DNA of 64,000 nt from Eledone cirrhosa (GCA_964016885.1 OZ024741.1:248001-312000); one strand, 5' to 3'; shown: positions 44,508-58,472, counted from the first letter of the stretch. The notes: generated from the sequence alone by a model not told the origin. Program-made: numbers and translations.

Positions 44508-44689
44508 AAGTACCAGTAATACACTGGGTAATTGCTGGCCTTGTGCCAAAAGTAGAAACAATTATTATTATTATTATTGTTACTATTATTATTACTTTTT
44601 TTCCCCCAATTCAATGATGTTCCAAAACAATATAAAAGAGATAATTGGCAATAAAGGTTCTGGAACAAAAGAGATAATTGGCAATAAGG

Positions 44690-47600
44690 GCAGGGCCCCC
44701 AGGTTATCACAGCCTGGGCCCGCTCGTCATCGTGCCACTGTAATAGAGCCAAACAAGGCATTTAGTCTTGGCTGCTGGAACGTACGGACACTGCTTGACA
44801 GGGATTCCTTGGAGCGTCCTGAACGAAGGCCTGCTCTTGTTGCAAAGGAGCTTCGACGTTACGATCTTGACATCGTGGCTTTATCTGAGACGAGGTTAGC
44901 TGGAGATGGTCATCTTACAGAATTTTGTGGAGAATATACATTCTTCTGGAAAGGAAGAGGTGAAGGAACCAGAATAGAGGCTGGGGTGGCATTTGCTGTT
45001 AAGACTGTTCTTGTGAATAAATTAGAAAAATTCCCAGTAGAGATTAGTGAGCGTCTTATGTCCAAGAGAATTCCGCTGGACAAAGGAAGATATGCGACCC
45101 TGGTGAGTGTGTATGCTCCAACTATGAATTCTGTCGATGAAGAAAAAGTCTCCTTTTACCATGCCTTGAAAGGTGTTTTAAGAAATATCACTCAGGCAGA
45201 CAAAGTCATCGTGCTTGGTGACTTTAATGCTAGAGTGGGTAGGGATTTTAACACATAGAATGTAATCGGAAGGCATGGGGTGAGAAAGTGTAACAACAAT
45301 GGTATGCTCCTGCTGCAGATGTGTGAGGAGCTGGATCTGTGTGTTACCAACACCATGTTCCAACAAAAGAACAAATTTAAGACCACATGGATCCATCCTG
45401 CATCTAAGGAATGGCATCTTTTGGACTACATCCTAGTCAGGATGGGTGACAGACAGGATGTGCAGTGTGTTCGTGCTCTTCGTGGAGCTGATTGCTGGAC
45501 GGACCACCGCCTGGTACGCGCAAAAGTGAAACTAATCACTAAACGTAAAATCCGGGCTACTGGTGTTGCCCTGCCCAGAAGATTGAATGCTGCTCGTCTT
45601 AAGGATAAAAATGTGAAGAGGACATTGCAAGAAGAGATGCAGGCTGAAGATCTTGGTGAGGATTGGCCGACCCTTAAAAAAGACGGTTTATGATGTAGGC
45701 GGGCGTGTTCTGGGTTTGGTGCAGAGAAAACATCAAGACTGGTTTAATGAGAATGATGAACATATAGAAGATTTGTTGGCTGATAATAGGCGTGCTCTGT
45801 CACGCTACTTGACGGCAAAACCACAGGAGAAGAATACGTTGCATAAGGAACTCAAGGATGTGAAATCACGTGTTAGGCGGAGTCTTTCTCAGATGAAGGA
45901 TCAGTGGTGGAGTGAGAAGGCTGATGAGATACAAACTGCGTCAGATTCCAATAACACAAAGCTGCTGTACAGTCTCTTGTGTGAGGTTTATGGACCGTCT
46001 TCTTCTCTGGTGACACCGCTTCACAGCAAGGATGGCAAAGAACTTCTTCGTGACTCACAAGGAATTCTACGAAGGTGGCGAGAGCACTTTGATGATCTTT
46101 TGAATCAGCCGTCTGTCGTCAATGAAGATTTCCTCAATCTCATTCCAGAAAGTCCTGTGAAAGTAGCTCTCGCAGAACCTCCGACGCTTGTGGAGGTTGC
46201 AGTGGCTATCTCGAAGCTGAACGGTGGAAGGTCTCCAGGTATGGATTGCATACATGCTGAGCTCCTACAATATGGTGGTGAGAGACTTCTGCAACATCTT
46301 CACTCTTTGTTTGGAAGGATATGGGCTAATGAATCCGTACCTGAGGACTGGAGAGATGCAGTAATGGTGGTCTTGTACAAGGGAAAGGGTAACAGGAATG
46401 ATTGTGGGAACTACAGAGGTATATCATTGCTTTCTGCCGTAGGGAAAGTTTTATGTAGGGTGCTTCTGGACCGTCTGCTGACACACATTGCAGATTGTGT
46501 TCTTCATGAACGTCAATCTGGTTTTCGTGCTGGATGCGGCACTACTGATATGATCTTCTCAGCTAGACGGCTCCAGGAGAAGTGCATGGAACAAGGTTTG
46601 AATCTGTATCAGGTTTTTGTCGATCTGACAAAAGCTTTCGATACTGTTAACAGAAATGCATTATGGAAGGTTCTCCAGAAACTTGGTTGCCCTGATAAGT
46701 TCCTTGCTTTTGTTAGGTCTTTCCATGACGACATGAAGGCTTGGGTTAATGTCGGAGGTAACATGTCGGAGCCTATCTCAGTAAAAAATGAAGTGAAACA
46801 GGGGGATATTCCAGCACCGACCCTGTTTGCCATATACTTTGCAATGGTTTTCTGTATTGCATTCAGGAATTGCGAGCATGGTATTTACATCCGATATCGA
46901 ACCTCAGGCAGCATATTTAACATCAGGCGCTTTGCTGCAAAAACAAAAGTATTTATATCAATCATAAGAGACCTCTTGTATGCAGATGATTGCGATCTTG
47001 TAGCGCACACAGAGAGTGATATGCAGCACATTTTGAATGCATTTTTTTACGCTTTCATGCCTTAGGATTGACTGTCAGTCTCAAGAAAACCGTCGTCATG
47101 TACCAACCTGCCCCTGGTAAGCAGTACAGTGAACCAAATATCTATGTGTATGGTAAACGACTTTGAGTGGTTGATCAGTTTGTCTACCTGGGAAGCACTG
47201 TCAATCGATACAGCAACCTTGATAGTGAAATCTCACTTAGGATTAGGAAAGCAAGTGATGCTTTCGGAAAGCTAGAAAGGCGACTCTGGGGTCGGCGAGA
47301 CATATGCAAGAAGACAAAGGTAAAGGTGTACAAGGCATGTGTGCTCTCTTCTCTTCTTTATGCCTGCGAGACCTGGGTCACATATCGACACCACCTTAAG
47401 CAATTGGAGCGTTTCCATCAGATGTGTCTCAGACGGATCCATGGCGTTCACTGGAGGGACCACATTAGTGATGTCGAGATTTTGGAAAGCTCTATGTGTG
47501 ACAGTATAGAAGCTCTTGTGCTTAAGCAGCGACTCCGTTGGAGTGGTCATCTTGCCAGGATGAAGGATTCTAGAATATCAAAACAAATCTTTTATGGAGA

Positions 47601-48200
47601 GTTAGTTAAAGGACCGCCACATAAACCAAAAAAGAGGTATAAGGATTCCGTTAGTTAAAGACCGCCACATAAACCAAAAAAGAGGTATAAGGATTCCTTG
47701 AAACCTCTTTGAAAGACGCTAACATCTCTGCTGATACATGGGAAAATATTGCTGCTGATCGTAATAAATGGAGAAAGATTGTATATGAGGGAAAAGTTGC
47801 CTTTGAGGCATCTCGAATCGCATACGAGAAAGTAAAGCGGGATGTGAGGAAGGGCATTGCTGATGTACGGCAGACTGCGAGGGTCCTCCTGCTGACTTGC
47901 AGCGTCTGTGCGAGACTCTGCCTAAGCAAAGCTGGACTCGGAAGTCATCTTCGCAGTCATAAAGTAAGACCAGTGGTTGACTACCAAGCTGCTGTTGGAG
48001 ATGCTACTCATCATACTTGCCAAGCATGTGGTAGAGAATGTAAATCAGCAGGAGAGCTCAAACGACATGCAAAAGTACATGAACTCCAACCACAGCCGGC
48101 TATTCCCAGTGAATGTTTTGGTTGCCGACTCTGTGCAAGACATTTTAGATCATTGGCTGGGCTAAAAAGCCACATTCGATCGCAGCGCTGTTAGTTGCTA

Positions 48201-48240
<40 letters not shown>

Positions 48241-48450
48241 GTGTATATGTTTATGTGTGTGCGTGTGTGTGTGTATATATATATATGTATATTATTATTG
48301 TTGTTGTTGTCGTTATTATTATTGTTGTTATTATTATTATTATTGTTATTAATATTATGTATGTGTATATATATATATGTATATATATATTTTTTTTTTT
48401 CTCGTGCAATGGCCATACTCAATAACTAGGGTGCAGCCATCATATATTGT
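44690..48450 (+). mobile_element. RTE-clade LINE, almost complete ORF (APE endonuclease + RT + C-terminal C2H2 fingers), disrupted
   Basis: GCWNVRTL, LSETR, VYAPT, LGDFNARVG, LDYI, TDH; QSGFR, FVDLTKAFD, KQG..PTLF, YADD, YLGS; fingers at 47895-48194. Stop at 45256, several frameshifts. 3' end GGCCATACTC..GCAGCCATCAT. Confidence 0.93.
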
Positions 48451-48477
48451 ATGTTTGTATGTATATATTGTATGTCA

Positions 48478-48555
48478 GGTCACTAGTTGGTGCTACTTGT
48501 AACATCTATCCCAGTACAACCTGTCTCATGGTCGGGTCGTTGGCGACTAAACTGG
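48478..48555 (+). ncRNA. Putative degenerate HDV-like ribozyme
   Basis: P2-like CCAGT/ACTGG, GG, P4-like hairpin TCG-TTGG-CGA and J4/2-like CTAA in HDV order at an RTE 5' end. P1 and P3 pair poorly. Confidence 0.4.
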
Positions 48556-49085
48556 CAACCCCACCAAGGTTTCTTGGTGAGGAGGGTGACTTTGGACATC
48601 CTGCAGGACTAGAAACAAAACCTGTCAAAGGGCAAAGGAGCTCTTAAGAGTCAATGGCCATCCAAAATCACCGGGAGAGATGACCCCTTAGCCTTTGTCA
48701 AGGCAGGATTCTAGGAGAAGGAAAACTCTGATATAACACCTGCAACCCTGATGGTATCCAATGATGTTGACTTGTTCTTCTTTTTGGTAAATATCATCTT
48801 GGTGAAGAGAGTGGGACTGGCTTTGTGCAGTGCCTTTGCTCACTATAAAAGCTTCACGGCACAGGCATTGCTTTATATCTGGAGATCTCTCTGCACTTGT
48901 CGTCACATGGTACCATGGGCCCAGCACTATGTGTCAATAATTGTCACAAGTGTAGTGTTTGTACCAGAGTTTTCAAGTCGCTGGCTGGACTAAAAAGTCA
49001 CACTCGTTCAGCGCATCGGTAGGGGTTCTCCTACATAGATATAAAATAGTGGCCGTACTCGAAAACGAGTTGGCAGCCACCATAT
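48478..49085 (+). mobile_element. Non-autonomous bipartite RTE derivative (5' UTR fused to 3' tail)
   Basis: Carries an RTE 5'-UTR-type CTAGGAGAAGGAAAACTCTG motif. The 3' part encodes [13 protein letters not shown] (matching the adjacent RTE's last finger) and has the same GGCCRTACTC..GCAGCCAYCAT end plus (TATG)n. Confidence 0.75.
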
Positions 49086-49812
49086 ATTGTATGTAAGTAT
49101 GTATGTATGTAAGTATGTATATATTGTATATATGTATTGTATGTATATATTGTATGTATGTATGTATGTATATATTGCATGTATGTTATTTGAATTCTTT
49201 GTTATTTGAATTCTTCCAATAGAAAGAAAACCGAAATCTTCATCGCTGAAATTTAGATAACAACGACAAAGGGTTTTACTTATTTGTTACATATTGATGA
49301 CTTATTTGTTACATATTGATGTTTTACTTGAACGTTTCTGTATACTGAATGTTTTCAAAATCTCTCAGCAGGCCCCTCCCGTTGCCTCAAAATGCGAGCT
49401 TGTGGTGGGAACTCTACTTACAGTCCTGTTTCATTTGGAAGGGACATGGCTGAATTATTAAAACCTGGACTTTTGTAGGAAGTGTTCTCCTATACTCTAG
49501 CGGGTTGTGTAACGGTCGGTTTTATTTGTCTAAACCCAGCATATGATAAGGTAGTTCGCAGTATCCCTCGACAATTAACCGCTAAATGTTTTGCATCTGC
49601 ATTCACAGATAAACCTTTGACAGATTAACCAACCAGACCCCGTAACATATATCCAAGGAGAACTGAAAAATAAACATATCCAATAGAAGTTAATCTACGT
49701 CTATCAACCTTTCATAGTTTCCTACTTTGCAGTTCTCCTTATTTCAAAACCTTACTAAGCATGTTCAATGGGAACCCACCTTAACAGCGACCAATAAATC
49801 TTCTTTTCAACC

Positions 49813-50064
49813 AAATAATGTTTCATACACTTAACATGTATGTTTGACCATTGGTTTTGAGGTCCATATATGGCCACCACTGTATAGTGGAGGAGCCACT
49901 TCCAAACTGACCGCTCATCGGGCACACGGACTTCCTTTTTCGTATATTTGTCCTCGTACTCAGGGGTCAGTTTAGAAGTGTCTCCTCCACTATACAGTGG
50001 TGGCCATAACTGGACCTCAAAACCAATGATCATGCATACATTTTAAGTATATGAAACATTGTTT
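49813..50064. mobile_element. MITE-like foldback, ~100-bp imperfect arms
   Basis: 49813-49912 is the reverse complement of 49965-50064. Confidence 0.8.
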
Positions 50065-50183
50065 ATACTAAATAATCTCTCTTGTAATAGATTGAGCAAT
50101 GTTTTCTTTGATTGTTCATCTACGGATATCCTGTGTATATATATATATATATAATAAAATGTGGAGAGGAAGCACACGAGTTA

Positions 50184-50235
<52 letters not shown>

Positions 50236-50239
<4 letters not shown>

Positions 50240-52335
50240 GGCGAAAGAGACGATTATGAGGAAGAAAATTTTTTTTTTTTTCCTTTTTTGTTTCTCTCTC
50301 TCTTTTTTCTGGGTTAGAAAATGATTAAAACGAAATGTTTTACTTTGTGTGAAGTGTTAAGGTATTAGTTGATTTATTTATTATTTAACAATGGCATTTA
50401 TTTATCTATTTATATATTTAATTATTGTCTATTACCGGTTTCAGCATTTATATGCATTATCAAATGATAGTGAAATGTATTAGTATGGTGTCGCACATGT
50501 TAAACAGAAGGTGCAGAAAGAATAATGTTATTTACAAACAAGGTTTAAGAAGTGAAAAGAAAAAAGAAAAAGGAAAAAAATGCATAATGTGGAACGTAAA
50601 AAGTCAATGTGGAAGAAAATATAATGTTATTTACAAGCATAGTCATTGAAGTTAAGCAGATCAAAATGTGTTAATATAGCAAGAGTGCTTAGTTGAACCA
50701 TGGTTCCGTGATGGAGGCAAATGGTGGACTGAGGTTTGATATGATTTCCCTTTTTAGAGAGTTAATATGCAAGGGAAGCAATTCTTGCTGGGTGATATTT
50801 AATTTATTTAAGAAAAAAGGTTAGGTAGGGTGTGAGGGAGGTAACTCTTGTAAATGTTTGATGGTTTCTTGCAGTTTTAGGGTGGTCCGATTTTTAGAGC
50901 ATTGAGTGGTGGTTGAAATTTATTAATGAAATGTGTTTCCTTATTGGTACGTTGGATGAAAGTAGCGTTGTCTATGAATTTGTAAATGGGGAAAATTTTA
51001 AAGTTTGGATGTTGGTTGAGAGCACAATTAGCGATATGTTCACTAAATGCAATCTTTCTGTATTCCTGTATTTTAATTTGTGATTTATGGACGGTCATAC
51101 GTTGACGGAGGCTGTTTTATGTCTGTCCTATGTAGTGCTCTTGACAACTTGAGCAGGTCAAAACATAGATAAGATTTTCAGATGCACATGTAAAGTTGTG
51201 TTTAACTGTGAAACGTTGTCCTTGTTTAAAATGGAATGTTGAACCTTCTATTAGATTTATGCATATGCCACTGTTGGGCCTTCCGCATTTTGTTACTGTA
51301 GGGTTCATTGTGAGGGTTTGTTGGATTTTGGCTTGTGTGAGGATGTTTTTTATGGATTTGGGTTGTCTTTTGCTCTTTATGATGTTGTGTGTTTGGAGGA
51401 TATTGTTCATTCTTGGGTCTCTTTTTAGTAAAGGAATTTTCTGGAGGATGGTGTCGAATGCCTCATTGTTGAGGGGGTTGTGTGTGGAGATGTATGGTAG
51501 AGTTTCTTGTTGCGGTTCATTCCTGGGTTTGGGGTGTCTGAGTTCCTGGATGTCTAGTTTTAGGGTACGTTGGAATCCATTGGTGATTAGGGATGGTGGG
51601 TAGTTTCTGCTGATAAGTGTGTTTTTTAATTCTTCTAGTCGTGTGTAGCATGTGTATTTATCTGAAACTATTGTGCAGGTCCTTCTGGCTAGGTTATAAG
51701 GAATTGCCATTTTGGTGTGTCTAGGGTGGCACGAGTTGAATGGAAGGTATTGTTTGGAGTTTGTGGGTTTGTAGTATATGTCTGTTTCTATTTCGTTGCT
51801 TGTTTTCTTGATGAGGATGTCGAGGAAAGGGAGTATTTCATGGCTGTAATCCATTGTGAATTGTAAGTTAGTGTTGAGTCCATTCAGTCTATCTATACTT
51901 TCATGCCAGAGGATGAAGCAGTCGTCCAAATATCTCTTCCAGTTCTTTTCTATGTGTTGGTAGAAGTGGTTGCCGTATTTGTCTAGAACTTTGCGGTAGA
52001 GAATGGTTTCCAAATATCCCAAAACGACAAACCTTTTTTGTAAATAACATTATTCTTTCTGCATCTTCTGTTTAACATGTGCGACACCACACTAATACAT
52101 TTCACTATCATTTGATAATGCATATAAATGCTGAAACCGGTAATAGACAATAATTAAATAGATAAATAGATAAATAAATGCCATTGTTAAATAATAAATA
52201 AATCAACTAATACCTTAACACTTCACACAAAGTAAAACATTTCGTTTTAATCATTTTCTAACCCAGAAAAAAAGAGAGAAACAAAAAAGGAAAAAAATAT
52301 ATTTTTCTTCCTTATAATCGTCTCTTTCTCCCTGT

Positions 52336-52338
<3 letters not shown>
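50236..52338 (-). mobile_element. Neptune-like PLE, 5'-truncated, with inverted ~310-bp tail arms
   Basis: Arms 50236-50546 and 52029-52338; flanked by (TA)n on both sides. Confidence 0.9.
50877..52022 (-). pseudogene. PLE RT C-terminus + GIY-YIG endonuclease
   Basis: WKRYLDDCF, LPFLD, YYKPT..QYL.FNSCHP.H, NLIYVLTC..C..HYIGQT*, PPLN; premature stop at 51117. Confidence 0.92.
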
Positions 52339-52410
<72 letters not shown>

Positions 52411-52551
52411 GCGCATCTCCCTGAGATCTACATCAAGGGTGCTCGTTAATTGTTCGAACAATTTGAGCAATTGTCGTCGAAAGCGACCGAGATCCAACAC
52501 CACATACGAGCACATACATACACATGTGTACACACACACACGCGTGCACAT

Positions 52552-52582
<31 letters not shown>

Positions 52583-52589
52583 AATATAA

Positions 52590-52655
<66 letters not shown>

Positions 52656-53029
52656 GCGTGTGTGTGCGTGCGTGTGTGTGTGTGTGTGCGTGTGTGTGTG
52701 AGTGTGTGTGTGTATATATACATACATACATACCCGTTGGCAGTGTTGCGACAACACCGCCAGTAGCATTAGCAACAAACAGTATTTGTGTGCATGTTAT
52801 ATATATCCGTACACTACAGTTTCCGGATAGCGGAAGTGGTATAGGGGGCGCCACTATTGAACAAGTCTGATCAACGCAGCTGATATACAGGAATATATAT
52901 TTTTAAAAAAAACCCGATCATTAGAATAGACCAAGGGAACAGTGTTTTCATTGGTCTTTCCTTTGCTGATACCATCTGCCAGTGGCGACTCCTGGCAGGG
53001 ATGGAGTCACGTCTTATAATGTTGTCATC

Positions 53030-54216
53030 AATACTACCACCACCACCACCACCACCATCACCACTACCATTAACAGTACCACCACCACTACCGCCACCAC
53101 CACCATCACCATCACCACCACCACCACCACCACCATCACCACTACCACCACCACTACCACCACCACCACCATCCCCACTACCATCACCACCACCATCACC
53201 ACTACCATTAACAGTACCACCACCACCACCACCACCACCACCACCACCACCACCACCACCATCACCACCACCACCACTACCACCACCACCATCACCACTA
53301 GCATTAACAGTACCACCACCACTACCACCACCACCATCACCACTAGCATTAACAGTACCACCACCACTACCACCACCACCACCATCACCACCACCACCAC
53401 CACCATCACCACTACCATTAATAGTACCACCACCACTACCACCATCACCACTACCATCACCATCACCACCATCACCACTACCATTAACAGTACCTAAACC
53501 ACCACGACCACCACCACACCACCACCACCATCACCACCACCACCACTACCACCACCACCATCACCACTACCATTAACAGTACCACCACCACTACCACCAC
53601 CACCATCACCACTACCATTAACAGTACCACCACACTACCACCACCACCACCACCACCATCACCATCACCACCACCACCACTACTACCATCACCAATACCA
53701 TTAACAGTACCACCACCACCACTAACAATACCACCACCACCACCACCACCACCACCACCACTACCACCACCACCACCACCACCATCACCACTACCATTAA
53801 CAGTACCACCACCACCACCACCAACACTACCACTAACAGTACCACCACCACTAATACTACCACCACCACCACCACTACCACTAACAGTACCAGCACCACT
53901 AATACTACCACTAACAGTACCACCACCACTAATACTACCACCACCACCACCACCACCACCACTACCACTAACAGTACCACCACCACTAACAGTACCACCA
54001 CCACTAATACTACCACCACCACCACCACTACCACTAACAGTACCACCACCACCACTAATACTACTACCACCACCACCACCACCACCACCACTACCACTAA
54101 CAGTACCACCACCTCTACCACTAACAGTACCACCACCACTAATACTACCACCACCACCACCACCACTACCACTAACAGTACCACCACCACTAATACTACC
54201 ATCACCACCACCACTA
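53030..54216 (+). repeat. Degenerate (ACC)n satellite with recurring (C/T)TAACAGT interruptions
   Basis: About 1.2 kb of ACC/ACT/ATC triplets. Confidence 0.95.
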
Positions 54217-54299
54217 ATCCGCGAGGTGGAGAGAATACCACGCTCATCTCTTAAATCTGGTCCCCACAATATGATGTACATCAGGTACACCTGGGAGAG

Positions 54300-57280
54300 A
54301 AGACTAACCTCTCGAAGGCTGTTGTCACCTAAGAAATTAAAGCGCTAAATTGTGGAAAAGCCTCTGATGAGGATGGAATTCGACCTGAAATGTTAAAAGC
54401 CTTAAATAGAGAAGATATTCTCTGACTGGGAAGCCTGGATCTCCAGAAAGGCACCAAAGCAATGGCAATCGGTGGTGAAAACCCAAATTTTCTTAAAAGG
54501 GGACAAGAGAGATTGTTCTGCTTATAGAGCAAAGTTTGCGTTGAGCGTTTGGTAAACAGTTGCAGAAATCTTGATAAGTCCAGGCTATCATATGAACTGT
54601 ACATTTTTCGCCCCTGACGCAGCACAGCCGACTAAATATTCACACTGCGGCAGGTCTTCGAGAAATCGTGGGAGTATTTCCAAGAGGGGCATGCTTGTTT
54701 TGTGGACCTCAGGAAAGAATATGACCACGTTTCACGGGACTTGTGGAAGGTTCTATAGGAGTAGGAAATCGATGGATAACTTCTTGTTGCCCTGATGTCT
54801 CCATTAGAATATGTATATCGGACTCTGCTAAGGTTGAGTAATGTCATCTCTCCCGTTTATAATCTTCATGAACGATGTTGACATGCGCAGCCGGGTTGGA
54901 AGTTTTATTACGACCGGCGGGTGTAGGATCAGTTGGTTGGTATTTACAGACGACATTGTACTTGTAGCAAGAGTTGCCTCCCTTGTTATGACGATCACAT
55001 CACCAGTAGCGCTCTCTATACAGGAAGTAGCTGGAGTTACTTCCCGTTGAGGTGGCAGAACCTTCTTTGTGACTTCCGTCACCAGGGAACTATAAAGGAG
55101 AGAGCTGAAAGCTATCTCCCTCGCTTTTAACCTGCCTGGCCCTTCGGCCAGGCGCGTTCCGCCGAGGTTATACTCTCTGGCAACCTGAACATGATAATGT
55201 AAAGACCTCTTGGTCTCTTGTTCGCTTACTCATTCAACTAAACCTTTTTCGCTACTTTTTCATCACTTTCAAAAAAAAATTGAACCCTCGCCATATACAA
55301 AGTGAATATAGCCTTTCCTTCTTTTTCATCACATCACGTTCACACACAAATTTTTCAAAATGGCTGCCAACCACCTGTTCCACTGTCATTTTCCCGCCAT
55401 TTTCTCGCGCAAAAGAAATATATATATATATTTTTTTTATTCAACTTGACTTTAACCTTGTTTCGGCACGTGTGGGAGCACACATCTCGACTCACTGAGA
55501 TAACACACGCCATAGATAATGTTTCTTGACAAGGATTCTCCAGCCTTAAGTTATATTCTCATATTTGCCGGTTTAAAAATTTACCACGTAAATTTGCCGT
55601 TGAAAACTGCGCATTTATTCAGAATGATTATTTATATGGTCGCTGGCCTCTTGACCCATCCAAGTCAATGCGTTCTCAACATCGACCATCAACTTTGGCT
55701 GCTATTTCTAGCACTTTGCGCAACTCATTTTTTTCTGGGAAACTTTTTACTGTGAATGGAAACAACATCGAATACGCTCACTCCACGAGACAACAACAAC
55801 ACAGCTTCTTCTTTGCTTTATCAACAACCAAAACCATCAGAACAAAACACAGAGGATTTATTTTTGCAGCACTCTTCCTGTTAGAAAATCCTACCGCCTT
55901 CGGAGGTTGGGAGTTTCACAGTCCAGAAACCACCTGCATATATTCTCTTGGTGACACACTCTCTTTCCTGCTGTCATGTGAACTTTATTTTTGAACATTT
56001 GAACTTATTTTTTTAATAACTATGTTCGAGCACGTTTCTTTGCTCCTTTGACCTCTTCTTTTAGGTTGATTACACTGTATCTTTGTGTGATGGATAGATA
56101 GATGTCCAGTCGTTCTCTGACCAAGAGCGGTTGGCTACCTTGATATATATCATTGATTTTTGCATGCTTATATTTTGCTGTTTTGCTTTTATTGCAAACA
56201 CTATTTTTTTGTAATTTTCATGCCTGGACTTTGGTGTTACATGCTCGCCATCTTACTTCATACATGGTTGATTCGATTTTTATGTTTTAAAAATCTGGCG
56301 GGAGGTAATGTAGCCTCCCTTGTTATGACGATCACATCACCAGTAGCGCTCTCTAGACAGGAAGTAGCTGGAGTTACTTCCCGTTGAGGTGGCAGAACCT
56401 TCTTTGTGACTTCCGTCACCAGGGAACTATAAAGGAGAGAGCAGCTGAAAGCTATATCCCTCTCTTTTAACCTGCCTGGCCCTTCGGCCAGGCGCGTTCC
56501 GCCGAGGGTATACTCTCTGGCAACCAGAACATGATAATGTAAAGACCTCTTGGTCATTTGCGCGCTGACTTCAAAACGGTAAACAACTAACTTTAACTCA
56601 TCCTTTCATCTCTCTTGGCATGTCAACTATTCTGCTCTACATAGCTCAACCTTGTTAAATAAACATTGTACATACAACCCAGTGTCCTGTTATATACTGT
56701 TTAAATCGTCAGAAGGTGGTCTCCGTCTTGTACTTGATATCTTTACTACCAAGAGTTGCACGATAGGAATATCAACCAGTGATACACACATCCTCTCAAT
56801 GGAGCATGCGCAGTGTACTCTGCATGTGAATGGAGGTTCACTGAAGTAGGTGGAGAAATTCAAGCATCTCTGACTGGTTTTCACGAATGAATTGAAAGTA
56901 GGGTATTGAATTAAATGCAAGAATTGTAAGAGTTAGTGCAGTAATGCGCTAGCTTCAACACTCAGTCATGAGAAGGGAGGTAAGTGTAAAAGTCAAACTC
57001 GCTATCTTCAGTTCAGTGCGCGTGCCTACCCTTGCCCTTGGGTAATGATGGAAAGAATATGATTACAAATACAAACGGCCAAAAATCGAGTTCCTCCAAA
57101 GATTCTTTGGGGTCTTGAAAAGATACATAACACGAAGATCAGATGGCCGCTCCGGGTACAGCCGCTACTTTTTTCCGAATCTCAGCTCTAGTATTATTGA
57201 AATGTAGAGAGAATGTCTAAGGACAGACTTTTCGAGTAAAGCCAACCAACTGCAGACCCAGAAGTAGACCACAAGCAAGA
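54300..57280 (+). pseudogene. Old RTE (Expander/Rex3-like) RT remnant split by an insertion
   Basis: GKASDEDGIRPEML, FIIFM, FTDDIVLVA; resumes at ~56706 with SSEG.LRL.LD.F, VEKFKHL. Confidence 0.65.
54970..56705 (+). mobile_element. Non-coding LTR-like or Ngaro-like insert with ~245-bp direct repeats
   Basis: 54972-55214 matches 56309-56555. PPT-like GGCGGGAGGTAA precedes TGTAGC at 56309. TATAAA lies within the repeat; AATAAA follows the second copy. Confidence 0.6.
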
Positions 57281-57295
57281 ATATATATATTTATG

Positions 57296-57352
<57 letters not shown>

Positions 57353-57360
<8 letters not shown>

Positions 57361-57620
57361 AGTGATGATATGTAAGTGAATAAGAGAGAAAGTCATTTAC
57401 ACGAGGAGACATTTAGATGAAAACACCGACTAAAAAGCCTCTCGGAAAATAAAAGAGAATGTGATTTCATGATATAAGAACACAGAAGTGGAAGAGAGAG
57501 AGGAGAGAAATAGAGCGAGAGAGAGAGAGAGCTAGTGATGATATGTAAGTGAATAAGAGAGAAAGTCATTTACACGAGGAGACATTTAGATGAAAACACC
57601 GACTAAAAAGCCTCTCGGAT
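57353..57620 (+). repeat. ~95-bp direct repeat pair after (GA)n
   Basis: GAGAGCTAGTGATGATATG...GCCTCTCGGA at 57353 and 57526. Confidence 0.9.
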
Positions 57621-57828
57621 AATTTCACAGATTCTTCTCAAATCATGTTTATCAAGTAAGTTTTCCATTTTATACACATACATTTTTTTATACACATACA
57701 CGCGTACACGCACACACACGTATGTATGCGTATATAGATAAATATATATATATATACATATCACTGATGAGGGACTCATTTTATAACATGTTATCCATGT
57801 GCAACCTGCAGTATTCTTCTCTCCATTT

Positions 57829-57880
<52 letters not shown>

Positions 57881-57905
57881 CTATATACATTATATATATA
57901 TATAC

Positions 57906-57996
<91 letters not shown>

Positions 57997-58052
57997 GTCT
58001 ATACCTTTATATATATATATATATGTCTATACCTATATATATATGTCTATAC

Positions 58053-58123
<71 letters not shown>

Positions 58124-58183
58124 TATACCTATATATATATGTCTATACCTTTATATATATGTATATATGTGTCTATACCCTTC

Positions 58184-58242
<59 letters not shown>

Positions 58243-58364
58243 TTATTCCGGGTTGAATCGGAGGTAACCACAGTAAGTAAGGTACTCAATACATAGCAGA
58301 GTATAAAAGTGTTAATATAGAAGAGCTTCTGTATTAGAATATTTAGAATATATAATATAGAAGT

Positions 58365-58472
<108 letters not shown>

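Noticed and set aside
49422-49663. Minus-strand exon-like segment (TTTTTCAG...GTAAGT)
   Set aside because: Stops occur in all three frames and no partner exons were found.
52982-54290. Mucin-, extensin- or Gly-rich protein ORFs
   Set aside because: Most frames are open because of (ACC)n; there is no signal peptide or non-repetitive domain.
57764-57810. CTGATGA hammerhead-like start
   Set aside because: No downstream GAAA or closing stems.
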